64,000 bases of DNA from the NCBI GenBank assembly GCA_900539595.1, contig UQCQ01000001.1:172291-236290 (forward strand), in the 5' to 3' direction. How positions within the stretch are numbered: the first letter of the stretch is position 1; every line of letters begins with the position of its first letter. Positions 29,001-37,231 of this stretch are shown here, in pieces. The notes under the pieces are model-generated. The model saw nothing but the letters and a program-made list of their open reading frames with translations. It ran no database searches and was not told the origin of the DNA. The DNA comes from an uncultured Mollicutes bacterium. GTDB taxonomy: Bacteria > Bacillota_I > Bacilli_A > RFN20 > CAG-826. The translations under genes and the position numbers were made by a program.

Positions 29001-29296
29001 ACGTTGTCTATGACTATACCCAGGTGAAGAAAATACTCGATGTGATGCGGACAATATCCAAGCATCATCCGGAACCGGACCGCTCCCTCTGTTCTTCTTT
29101 TAACAAGGAAACGAAGGATGGAACCAAAATGGAGAAGTATTCGGATCTCCTCGAGGCGTCTGTCGCCTCGATCATCGACGTGAAGAAACAGGATGATTTC
29201 GCTTCCCTGCTATCCGATGGAAGCGATGTTCTTTATGACGGAGGCATAAAGGGGTTAGATGACTTCCAGCTCGTCAGCTTCTTTGTGATCAGATAA
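26015..29296 (+). CDS. SNF2-family helicase with a ~250-aa N-terminal extension of unknown function
   Basis: Motif I LADSVGLGKTFTALAV, motif II LLIIDESHNFRN, motif III LMLSATPVNN, motif VI QRFGRIDRIGS. It is the first gene of a four-gene operon ending in a type III R-M pair. Confidence 0.8.
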   Translation: MAEYIDNKTKLLGDDLKKELSESSQVEIIASVFTIYAFESLKEELEKVSELRFIFSSPAFAQKMLNGVDKKPKEFMISEAFSKTSLYGTSFELKLKNQLTQKAVARECADWIRKKVRFKANVSGQDANSFIAVNKPYDPSSTIAYSPIASGFSSDSLGYSKTKQLFSITVKIGANEGALSFSKNFEDFWNDSEKTQDVTDAVIDYIGTAYKDNSPEFLYYVTLYNIFKDFLDDILSEDNMPNDATGYKDSLIWKKLYSFQKDGAIGVINKLEKYNGCILADSVGLGKTFTALAVMKYYSSRNKNILVLAPKRLSNNWNQYKDNLKTNLFWNDHIRYDVLYHTDLGRSKGYSNGHDLSIFNWENYDLLIIDESHNFRNAQHFRGRETRYEFLMNHVIKPGVKTKVLMLSATPVNNRFTDLRNQLALAYGDNQEEFNEKLDTKKNVDVILRNAQQTYNEWCKLPKAERHTKDLMNSLDMDFSVLLDNVTIARSRKHITKYYDMSEIGHFPKRKKPISLYTDIAKDEDRIAYDDLFKTLKQLRQAVYAPMNYIQPSKLVKYENMYDTTGVAGNRPDLKQINRELALQNLMTVSLLKRLESSVDAFRITLSHVKNVNKNTLSAIENFERLHISSLKGEFANINPDDFDEEDMDNDEKWGTTGKITIDFADMDLLSFKNDITRDIEILSGLLELMEWITPSKDLKLNKLVSIIEDKISNPINPGNRKVLIFSAFADTANYLYENLSVHFKEKYGMNSAVVTGSKTNKSTIASLHDTEEILTLFSPLSKEKRVKMPNDNRNIDILIATDCLSEGQNLQDCDECINYDIHWNPVRIVQRFGRIDRIGSKNDYIQLVNFWPNMSLDEYINLTNRVENRMSIVDATATGDDNIISEENVELDYRKEQLKKLQNGELQDLEDIDGSITITDLGLNDFRMDLANYIREKGYPDGVPYGLYAVTKEDKEKGIVPGVIFALKNTNDKVSIHTKNRLHPYYLVYLDMDGNVVYDYTQVKKILDVMRTISKHHPEPDRSLCSSFNKETKDGTKMEKYSDLLEASVASIIDVKKQDDFASLLSDGSDVLYDGGIKGLDDFQLVSFFVIR

Positions 29297-29298
29297 CC

Positions 29299-30006
29299 AT
29301 GTTCATATTACCGAGTAAAGCGTATGTTCATCGCGAATACCCGCTTAAGGATGTCTATAAGGCGATTGGGGCAGACAAGAAGCTGATAGAGGCTTCCAAG
29401 AACATCAAGAAGATCTACATCGAATACGTCTTCAACCAGAAGAACACTAACCTTCAGGTGAAGTCGGTCAAGGAAATCCATTTCTATAAGATAGAGCTGA
29501 CAGACTTCCACGTGCCGGAGGACTTCATCCTGGCACTGGACAAGAAGGATAAGTTCCAGGTGGTGTTCATTATCACGTGTGAGGACTTGGAGAAGGATAT
29601 GACCGCTCCCAAGAGAATCAATGGGGAGGAGGTTACAAAAGCCAAATACATCCAGTCCGAATGGATGAAGATAGGGGATGATGTCAAGATACCTCCTGCC
29701 GATACTTTGGATGAACTATACTGCTTCCTCTATGGAGCCTTCAACGAATATAAGCCCTTCAAAGGTGAACTGCTTGAGAATTATATTAAAAGATGTAATG
29801 AACTGAGGAAACTCGATTATCAGATCAGTAAGACCACGATGGCAATCCAGAATGAAAGACAGTCGAAGAAGAGAATCGAATACAATCACAATCTGAACGA
29901 ATACAAAGAAAGAAAATCCTATCTATTAAACCAAAGGAGAATGGAAAATGCAGAAATTATCAGCGCAATCGAAGGATTTGTCTCAGGAGAACATAAAGAA
30001 GGTTGA
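29299..30006 (+). CDS. Hypothetical 235-aa protein between the SNF2 helicase and the methyltransferase (possibly DUF4391-type)
   Basis: Its start lies 3 bp after the SNF2 stop, and its end overlaps the mod start by 59 bp. The family assignment is inferred from the recurring helicase / DUF4391 / MTase / Res synteny, not from motifs. Confidence 0.45.
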   Translation: MFILPSKAYVHREYPLKDVYKAIGADKKLIEASKNIKKIYIEYVFNQKNTNLQVKSVKEIHFYKIELTDFHVPEDFILALDKKDKFQVVFIITCEDLEKDMTAPKRINGEEVTKAKYIQSEWMKIGDDVKIPPADTLDELYCFLYGAFNEYKPFKGELLENYIKRCNELRKLDYQISKTTMAIQNERQSKKRIEYNHNLNEYKERKSYLLNQRRMENAEIISAIEGFVSGEHKEG

Positions 30007-31849
30007 GGAATTATTCCCCAACTGCGTGACCGAAACCTATGACCAGGACGGCAACCTCGTCAGAAGCATCGACTTCGACATCCTCCGCCAGGACCTCTCC
30101 GACCATGTCGTGGAAGGCCCGAAGGAGAGATACCAGTTCAACTGGCCTGGAAAGAGAGATGCCATCCTTTTAGCAAACGCACCGACCACGAACACATTGA
30201 GACCTTTGCCAGAGAAGTCCGTCAATTTCGAGAATACGAAGAACGTCTATATCGAAGGAGATAACCTCGAGGCTCTGAAAATCCTCAGAGAGACCTACAT
30301 GGGCAAGATCAAGATGATCTACATCGACCCACCGTACAATACAGGTAATGATTTCGTCTATAAAGATGACTTCAAACAGTCTACTGAAGAATATTTGAAA
30401 TCATCCGGCGACATCGACGAGGAAGGCAACCGCATGGAAGTCAACGGAGAATCCAACGGAAGATTCCATTCAGACTGGCTCAATATGATGTATCCAAGAC
30501 TCGTTCTCGCAAGAGACTTGCTCACGGATGATGGATTGATCTTCATGAGCATCGATGACAATGAGCAGGACAATTTAGTTCGTCTAGGAAAAGAAATATT
30601 TGGCGAATCGAATTTTGTGGCGACTTTTCCTTGGAGAAAACGCACTGCGAAATCTGATGTGCCTTTTGGTGTTTCGCAGGATTTTGAATGGGTTCTCTGC
30701 TTTGCTAAATCGAGTCAAACAAGAGTTAGTATTGAAGGAAAAGAAAGAAAATACTTTGAAACGGATGATTTTCCAGGGCGTCCCTGGCGAATTCATGATT
30801 TGACTAAGCAAACCACAGCGTCTGAACGACCTAACAGTTACTTCACTATTGTGGATAAAAAAAGAAATATATCTTACCCTGCAAACCCAAATAGAACATG
30901 GTGTGTCTCTAAAGACACTTTTTCCCAATATGATGCTGAAAATCGAATCGTCTATCCTGGAGACTATCCTTTTTTGAAAATATCGCAGCCTGTTCTAAGA
31001 TATTGGAAAGAAGACGATCAGAAAAAAGATGGCGAATTATTCGGACGTGTTGCATTAAGCACATTATTTCCACAAAGTGTAGGAATGTCCCAAGATGGAA
31101 GTAAAGATGTTTTTAAATTATTCAATTCCAAAATATTCAGCTTTCCAAAGCCGGTCTCATTGATAAAGTATTTAATATCTGCTGCTACGCAAGAAGACGA
31201 TTTAATCGCAGATTTCTTTTCCGGATCCGCCACCACCGCAGAAGCCGTTTTCAAGCAAAACCTTGAAGATAATGGAAACAGAAAATTTCTTTTGATACAG
31301 ATGCCGGAACACACCGGTGATACTGAAGCCTTTAAAAATGGTTTTTCAGATATTTGCAGCCTTGCTGAGGAAAGAATACGTCGTGCAGGAAAAGTTATCA
31401 AAGAGGAAAATCTTCTTACTATAGAGGGATTTGATTTTGGATTTCGTGTATTTAAGACCGATTCTTCCAATATGAAGGATGTTTTGAGTACTCCAAAAGA
31501 AACTCAGCTGAGTCTTCTTGAAAATGCTGAGTCTGCTATTAAACCTGACCGAAGTCCTCTTGATCTTGTCACTCAAGTTATGCTTCAGCTGGGCATGACT
31601 CTCGATGCTGATATAAAAATTGGAAAGTTTGCGGGCGGAGGGCAATTCTATGCCGTTAACGGCAATGATCTCGTCTGCTGCTTTGATAAGAACATTTCCG
31701 AATCTAACATTGAGGAACTGGCTCGGATACAGCCTTTAAACGTTGCATTCAAAGATGATTCCTTTGCTTCTGATCAGGATGAAGTCAACTGTGAGCAGAT
31801 ATTTAAGACTCTTTCTCCGATTACCGGTAAAAATATCTTTGTTCTTTGA
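29948..31849 (+). CDS. mod: Type III restriction-modification Mod subunit (beta-class N6-adenine DNA methyltransferase)
   Basis: Motif IV MIYIDPPYNTGNDF precedes motif I DFFSGSATT (beta order). 633 aa, with a 4-bp overlap onto res. Confidence 0.8.
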   Translation: MQKLSAQSKDLSQENIKKVEELFPNCVTETYDQDGNLVRSIDFDILRQDLSDHVVEGPKERYQFNWPGKRDAILLANAPTTNTLRPLPEKSVNFENTKNVYIEGDNLEALKILRETYMGKIKMIYIDPPYNTGNDFVYKDDFKQSTEEYLKSSGDIDEEGNRMEVNGESNGRFHSDWLNMMYPRLVLARDLLTDDGLIFMSIDDNEQDNLVRLGKEIFGESNFVATFPWRKRTAKSDVPFGVSQDFEWVLCFAKSSQTRVSIEGKERKYFETDDFPGRPWRIHDLTKQTTASERPNSYFTIVDKKRNISYPANPNRTWCVSKDTFSQYDAENRIVYPGDYPFLKISQPVLRYWKEDDQKKDGELFGRVALSTLFPQSVGMSQDGSKDVFKLFNSKIFSFPKPVSLIKYLISAATQEDDLIADFFSGSATTAEAVFKQNLEDNGNRKFLLIQMPEHTGDTEAFKNGFSDICSLAEERIRRAGKVIKEENLLTIEGFDFGFRVFKTDSSNMKDVLSTPKETQLSLLENAESAIKPDRSPLDLVTQVMLQLGMTLDADIKIGKFAGGGQFYAVNGNDLVCCFDKNISESNIEELARIQPLNVAFKDDSFASDQDEVNCEQIFKTLSPITGKNIFVL

Positions 31850-34800
31850 GGAATTTAATTATGAAATTCATATTTAAAGAACAGGATTACCAGATATCGG
31901 CTGTGAAAGCTGTCACGGATGTTTTTGCTGGACAACGTTATCAGTCGCTTTCTCAATACACACGTGACTTGGGAAAACTTTCACCGAAAGAAGCTGGCAA
32001 GAATCAGCAATTAAGACTTGACTTAGGGCTTAATAACAAAAGCGACCTTTTGGTGGCCAAAGGCAACGATAATGATGATTTAGCCATAGGTTTTGCTAAT
32101 GCGCCAATTCAGATTGATGATCAACAGGCCTTGAAAAATATTCAAACCATTCAGATGAAATCCAATTTATCGGTGGATGAGCATCTTTCCAAAGTTCTTA
32201 GCCCTTTGGACTTAGATGTGGAGATGGAGACCGGAACGGGTAAAACCTATGTCTATATCCGCACAATGTTTGAGTTGAATAAACTTTACGGCTTTTCTAA
32301 ATTCATCGTCATGGTTCCATCCATTGCTATTCGTGAAGGTGTCAAGAAGTCATTCGAACAGACTCAGGAACACTTCATGTCCATCTACGGGAAGAAAGCC
32401 CGTTTCTTTATTTATAGCAGTGCAAACCTGGCTGAAATCGATAACTTCGCCAAAGATAGTTCCATCGAAGTGATGATCATCAACATCCAGGCTTTCAATA
32501 CGCACGGCAAGGACGGACGAAAGATTTATGAGGAACTCGATGAATTCCAGTCCAGAAGACCGATCGACGTCATCAAGAAGACTAGACCGATTCTGATTCT
32601 TGATGAGCCACAGAAGATGAGTGGAGACGCTACCAAATCTTCCATAGGTGAATTCAATCCACTTTTCACCATTAACTACTCGGCTACGCACAAAGAAAAA
32701 CACAATCTTGTATATGTTCTTGATGCCTTGGACGCCTATAACGCGAAGCTTGTTAAGAAAATCCAGGTAAAAGCAGTCAAGGTCGATAATGTCAAAGGAA
32801 CCCAGGCTTTCTTATATTTGGAGGATATCATCCTTCGAGGTGATAAAGATCCTCAGGCGAAAATCAGCTTCTTCCGCAACACCAAGCAAGGAATCAAATC
32901 CTATACACAGCTGCTTAGTCGCCAAGACAACATCTATGAACTATCCGGTTTTGATGCCACAAGCCAATTATCGGTCTATAAGAACAACTATATCGTCGAT
33001 GAAATCGATTATGTATCAAATACCGTCAGATTGCTGAACGGCATTGTTTTGCATGCCGGAGAAGTGATTGGGGATAACTCGGAAGATTTGATAAGAAGAA
33101 TACAAATCCGTGAGACTATCGCTTCCCATTTGGAAAAGGAGCAGGATAATTTCCATAAAGGAATAAAGACCCTTTCTCTTTTCTTCATCGACGAAGTCAA
33201 AAAATATAGAGACTATTCTCAGCCCGATGAAAAAGGCGAATATGCCAAGATTTTCGAGGAAGAATACAACTGGGCGGTTACTGAATTTTGCAATAACCTC
33301 ATCAACACAGATGAGGAATATAAGAAGTATCTTCAGCTATTTACTCCTGATCAGGTCCATAACGGCTATTTTTCCATCGATAAGAAAGGACATGCAATCG
33401 ATTCCAAAGCGGATCGCAAGACAGGTTTATCCGATGATCAATCCGCCTATGATTTGATTTTGAAGAACAAGGAACGTCTTCTTTCCTTCGATGAGCCCAC
33501 TCGTTTCATATTCTCCCATTCTGCCTTACGGGAGGGATGGGACAACCCGAATGTCTTCCAAATCTGCTTCTTAAGACATACCAAGAGCGAAACTCAGAAA
33601 CGGCAGGAAGTGGGTCGTGGTCTTCGTATCGCCGTAGATAAGAACGGAAACCGTCAAGACGCCACTGTTTTAAGTGATTTCTTCGGCGTGAATAAGCTTA
33701 CTGTCATTGCTAATGAGGATTACGAGTCATTCGTAAAAGGATTGCAGTCTGAAATCAAGGAAGTCCTCTATAAGCATCCGACCAAGGCGGACAAGGACTT
33801 CTTCTTTGGCAAGCCGATCACGAACGCAGAAACCAATGCTGAAACCAACATTACGGATGCTCAGGCTAGAAGCATTTACCAGTATTTGGTGAAAAACGAT
33901 TATGTGGATGCTTCTGACAATCTTACAGAGAAATTCCGTGACGATGTGGATAAGTCCATATTAGTTGACATGCCGGAAGATTTGAAACCTTATCAGGCAT
34001 CCATCATCGAACTTGCAAACAGCATCCGCAAAGGCGGAAATATTGAAATCGAAAACGGCAAGAAACCTAAGGTTCTCGAAAACAAAGTCAATCAGAATTT
34101 CGATAGAAAGGAATTCAAAGAGCTTTGGAACGCCATCAACCATAAGTACTCCTATCGCGTTTCCTTCAGCTCTGACGAATTAGTTAAGAATTGCATCGAA
34201 AGAATCAAGAAAGAATTGGAAGTTTCTAAAATAACCTATTCGGTCGATGTCGGTGAGCAGAAAGAAACTATTGATCAGAAAGATATTGATAATTCCTTCC
34301 AAAGAGGTGCCGATAGTGGAAAGAAAGAAAAACTCCATGTTGCTGCTCCTTCTTCTGCAAAATACGATCTTGTTCACGAAATAGCTCAGCGCACGCATCT
34401 TACTCGAAGAACGATTGTCCGTATTCTCGTCGGGACAAAAGAAAAGCTTCAGATGTTCCGTAATAACCCGGAAGAATACATCACAAAGATTAGTAATCTG
34501 ATTGATGATGAAAAGGCCTCTGTGATTGTTCGTGGCATCCGCTATGACAAATTGACTGACAAATTTGACGATACCATTTTCAACGAAAAGCACGCCGATT
34601 TTGATAGTCAGAAGGCTTTCAAATCCAAAAAGGCAATCCAGGATTATGTCTTTGTCGACGGTACCGCCAAAAACGGCGAATCCAATGAGATGAAGTTTGT
34701 CAAAAATCTTGAACAGCAAGAAAACGTCAAGGTATACGCAAAAATGCCTAAAGGTTTTTATATTCCTACTCCGATGGGAAGATATTCTCCTGACTGGGCC

Positions 34801-35028
34801 ATCGTCTATGAATCCAATGGCGAAAAAGGCATTTATTTCATTGCTGAAACGAAAGGAAACTTGAGTTCCTTATCTTTGCGAAAGGTTGAGGAATCCAAGA
34901 TTGAATGCGCGAAGAGCCTTTATAACCAGCCCAAATCCAAGGTCAATTATGGCTTAGTACATACCTATGATGATCTTGTCACGAAGGTGATGGACATTTT
35001 GGAAAAACACAACGGAGAGCAATCATGA
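31846..35028 (+). CDS. res: Type III restriction enzyme Res subunit (SF2 helicase plus C-terminal PD-(D/E)xK nuclease)
   Basis: Walker A VEMETGTGKTYV and DEPQ box ILILDEPQKM. C-terminal YSPDWAIVYE...IAETKG nuclease motif. 1060 aa. Confidence 0.8.
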   Translation: MRNLIMKFIFKEQDYQISAVKAVTDVFAGQRYQSLSQYTRDLGKLSPKEAGKNQQLRLDLGLNNKSDLLVAKGNDNDDLAIGFANAPIQIDDQQALKNIQTIQMKSNLSVDEHLSKVLSPLDLDVEMETGTGKTYVYIRTMFELNKLYGFSKFIVMVPSIAIREGVKKSFEQTQEHFMSIYGKKARFFIYSSANLAEIDNFAKDSSIEVMIINIQAFNTHGKDGRKIYEELDEFQSRRPIDVIKKTRPILILDEPQKMSGDATKSSIGEFNPLFTINYSATHKEKHNLVYVLDALDAYNAKLVKKIQVKAVKVDNVKGTQAFLYLEDIILRGDKDPQAKISFFRNTKQGIKSYTQLLSRQDNIYELSGFDATSQLSVYKNNYIVDEIDYVSNTVRLLNGIVLHAGEVIGDNSEDLIRRIQIRETIASHLEKEQDNFHKGIKTLSLFFIDEVKKYRDYSQPDEKGEYAKIFEEEYNWAVTEFCNNLINTDEEYKKYLQLFTPDQVHNGYFSIDKKGHAIDSKADRKTGLSDDQSAYDLILKNKERLLSFDEPTRFIFSHSALREGWDNPNVFQICFLRHTKSETQKRQEVGRGLRIAVDKNGNRQDATVLSDFFGVNKLTVIANEDYESFVKGLQSEIKEVLYKHPTKADKDFFFGKPITNAETNAETNITDAQARSIYQYLVKNDYVDASDNLTEKFRDDVDKSILVDMPEDLKPYQASIIELANSIRKGGNIEIENGKKPKVLENKVNQNFDRKEFKELWNAINHKYSYRVSFSSDELVKNCIERIKKELEVSKITYSVDVGEQKETIDQKDIDNSFQRGADSGKKEKLHVAAPSSAKYDLVHEIAQRTHLTRRTIVRILVGTKEKLQMFRNNPEEYITKISNLIDDEKASVIVRGIRYDKLTDKFDDTIFNEKHADFDSQKAFKSKKAIQDYVFVDGTAKNGESNEMKFVKNLEQQENVKVYAKMPKGFYIPTPMGRYSPDWAIVYESNGEKGIYFIAETKGNLSSLSLRKVEESKIECAKSLYNQPKSKVNYGLVHTYDDLVTKVMDILEKHNGEQS

Positions 35029-35219
35029 ACTATGCCGAGAAACTAAAAAAAATCCGTGAAACTTTACTATTATCTCAGGATGAATTGGCCAAAGAACTTA
35101 GTGTTACTTTTGCAACCGTGAATCGTTGGGAAAACGGACATCATGAGCCATCGCTAAAAGGAAAGAAGGCCATCAGAGATTACTGCAAGAAAATGCACAT
35201 TAAATTGGAAAAGGATTAA
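35025..35219 (+). CDS. XRE-family helix-turn-helix protein (64 aa)
   Basis: LSQDELAKELSVTFATVNRWENGHHEPS is a canonical Cro/CI-type HTH. Its start overlaps the res stop by 4 bp. Confidence 0.6.
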   Translation: MNYAEKLKKIRETLLLSQDELAKELSVTFATVNRWENGHHEPSLKGKKAIRDYCKKMHIKLEKD

Positions 35220-36159
35220 GATTGCTGATTTTATCGTTCTTCAAAAAATCTAAAACAAAATCTCTCCAATTTTGGTACCAATACCATTGTTTACCGACAA
35301 AGACACCATAGTGCTTTTCTGGATTTCTTGCATCATATTTTTTCCATAGCTTTGTGTGTTGATCTAGATTGAAAGTCGGAAAACCATTCTCTTTAACGAA
35401 ATTGACTATGGCACTAGGCAAAAACTTTGGCCTTTCTGTTTCTTTTATCAATAAATTTATTGCGTTGCTTTCCTCACTTCCTGACTTGACAAACCTTATT
35501 GCCTGGTCGGCTTGGTTTGGCTTGTTAACGTTTACAGGTACGAAACATACTCTATAAGAATATTTAGAATTTTCTAATATTTCGCTTGAGAGTGATTTTT
35601 CATAGGAAGAGATAATACTTGTGATGTTGTCAGCTGTCTTTTTGTTGATTAAGCCATTTTTTTGTTCTGGATTCAATGATGAAAATTGTATTGCCATACA
35701 CATAGTTTTATCTAATCCGAATTTGACGCCGAACAATTGCTTGATATAGTAATTGAAGTTGATGCTGCAAGCTTGGATTTTGGCACTTATTAATGAATCG
35801 TTTGTTTCGTAATAGCTATGCTCGATTTTGTTTCTAATTTGGATAAGAAGTTCTAAATTTTTCGCAGTAGGTTCATCTATTGGCGATTTGGTTTCTTTGA
35901 TGCTTCGCGATAAATCCCACTCTCTTTTCCGACCATCTATATATTCGTATTTGTATTTCCCATTGTCTTGAGACTTTCTATAGTAATAGCAAATATGATT
36001 TTTGTAGTAATACGCATGGAATAAATAAGTCCAGGCAATTTCTGAATTTACAATAAATAGTTCGCTTTTAAATGTGATTGTTGGATTGTTGTAGATTGCA
36101 ACTGCTGACATCATTGCTTGTCTAGCTTTTTCGACCAATGTTTTCCATTTGGCTTTCAT
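35200..36159 (-). CDS. HEPN-like protein (RNxxxH motif; Abi/DUF4145-like), 319 aa
   Basis: LELLIQIRNKIEHSYY carries an Rx4H HEPN-type motif. It is convergent with, and overlaps by 20 bp, the HTH gene at the 3' end of the R-M operon. AT-rich. Confidence 0.45.
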   Translation of the reverse strand: MKAKWKTLVEKARQAMMSAVAIYNNPTITFKSELFIVNSEIAWTYLFHAYYYKNHICYYYRKSQDNGKYKYEYIDGRKREWDLSRSIKETKSPIDEPTAKNLELLIQIRNKIEHSYYETNDSLISAKIQACSINFNYYIKQLFGVKFGLDKTMCMAIQFSSLNPEQKNGLINKKTADNITSIISSYEKSLSSEILENSKYSYRVCFVPVNVNKPNQADQAIRFVKSGSEESNAINLLIKETERPKFLPSAIVNFVKENGFPTFNLDQHTKLWKKYDARNPEKHYGVFVGKQWYWYQNWRDFVLDFLKNDKISNLNPFPI

Positions 36160-36319
36160 TTCTATACTCCTTTATTTAATGATTCGTAAAAAGATTTTTA
36201 AAAGAATATTTTGCGAATATTCACGCCTATCTTTTAACACGATAAATGCGCAAATAATTTGTAAACGTCACGTATATATTAAAACAGACCTCGATGAGAA
36301 AGGCAGTTCTGAAAAAGTC

Positions 36320-36490
36320 GGCTCGATGTTCTCCACATCGTCGAAGGGAGCGGATGCAACATGCCTCATCCTGATGATCGCTCAGACCGTACGTCTGAAC
36401 GAGCTGTGCCTGGACGGGTACGTCCGGCATCTTCTCGAGAACCAGAATGAGCTGAGCGACGGAAGGACGATGCAGAAGTATATCCCATGA
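36320..36490 (+). mobile_element. IS66-family transposase C-terminal fragment (scar)
   Basis: ...GSMFSTSSKGADATCLILMIAQTVRLNELCLDGYVRHLLEN matches the conserved IS66 tail ..NWLFS.S..GA.ASA..YSLIETAK.NGL.P..YL..LLE. Only ~57 aa are retained. GC-rich. Confidence 0.5.
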
Positions 36491-36701
36491 TCCAAGTCCA
36501 TTTCGGGCAGTGTGAAGTTCACAAAAGCGGAAATGGAGCAGGCGAAGGAAGCTGTGGTGAAGAACACGAAGAAGGGACAAAAAATAGTGGCCGGTTCCCA
36601 CGATTGCGGAAGCCGGCCTTTCTTACGGCTTTTTACAAGGGGAATTGACGCTTATCAAAAAATCTTCGGACCCATTGAATCCGAAGACTGTTTTTACTGT
36701 G

Positions 36702-36786
36702 TGGTGCGGGCAACAGGACTTGAACCTGCACGGAGTTACCCATTAGATCCTAAGTCTAACGCGTCTGCCAATTTCGCCATGCCCGC
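36702..36786 (-). tRNA. tRNA-Leu (anticodon TAG)
   Basis: The reverse complement folds as a class II tRNA: acceptor GCGGGCA/TGCCCGC, anticodon stem TTAGA/TCTAA with loop CTTAGGA, a long variable arm, T-arm GCAGG-TTCAAGT-CCTGT, and CCA encoded. Confidence 0.8.
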
Positions 36787-36892
36787 ATAACCCGATAACG
36801 ATGGGTAGCCGTCTTTGCGATATCCGAAGAATATCCGTTTCACAAAGCAAGACGATTATACTCGGTTCACAGGGATTTCGTAGTATTTTTTC

Positions 36893-36930
36893 GTAAAAGA
36901 AAACCCTCCGTTTCCTAGAAGCGAAGGGTG
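36893..36930 (-). terminator. Rho-independent terminator downstream of the 51-aa ORF
   Basis: Minus-strand reading ACCCTTCG-CTTCTAGGAAA-CGGAGGGT followed by TTTTCTTTT. Confidence 0.4.
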
Positions 36931-36948
36931 TCTTTCAAGTCGAATGGG

Positions 36949-37104
36949 TTAGAAATTTCCGTTGTTGATGCCATCCGCGAGGTTGATGCCATAGCCTTCA
37001 GCTACAGAATCAAGGAATTTGCGAACGGGGCGACGGGAAGACGACTTACGCGAGTGCTGGACATGAGTGCTACCAGCAAGGTGCTTTTTGATGAATTCAA
37101 CCAT
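36949..37104 (-). CDS. Unannotated 51-aa ORF with a consensus RBS; function unknown
   Basis: AAGGAGGT-ATAACA-ATG on the minus strand. Protein MVEFIKKHLAGSTHVQHSRKSSSRRPVRKFLDSVAEGYGINLADGINNGNF. A terminator hairpin follows. It is below the 60-aa cutoff of the ORF track. Confidence 0.45.
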   Translation of the reverse strand: MVEFIKKHLAGSTHVQHSRKSSSRRPVRKFLDSVAEGYGINLADGINNGNF

Positions 37105-37231
37105 TGTTATACCTCCTTCTCATTTTGTGATGTATGACCTTTTGGGCCATTCCCTCGTTTTTGAGGGACACGTACTTTACTTCAATGAAAAGGAAAAACA
37201 AGAGAAAAGTTTTCAGAAAGCGGTTACAAGA

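Noticed and set aside
36512-36790. 92-aa plus-strand ORF overlapping tRNA-Leu
   Set aside because: Overlaps a well-formed tRNA on the opposite strand and the IS66 scar. No motifs. Spurious.
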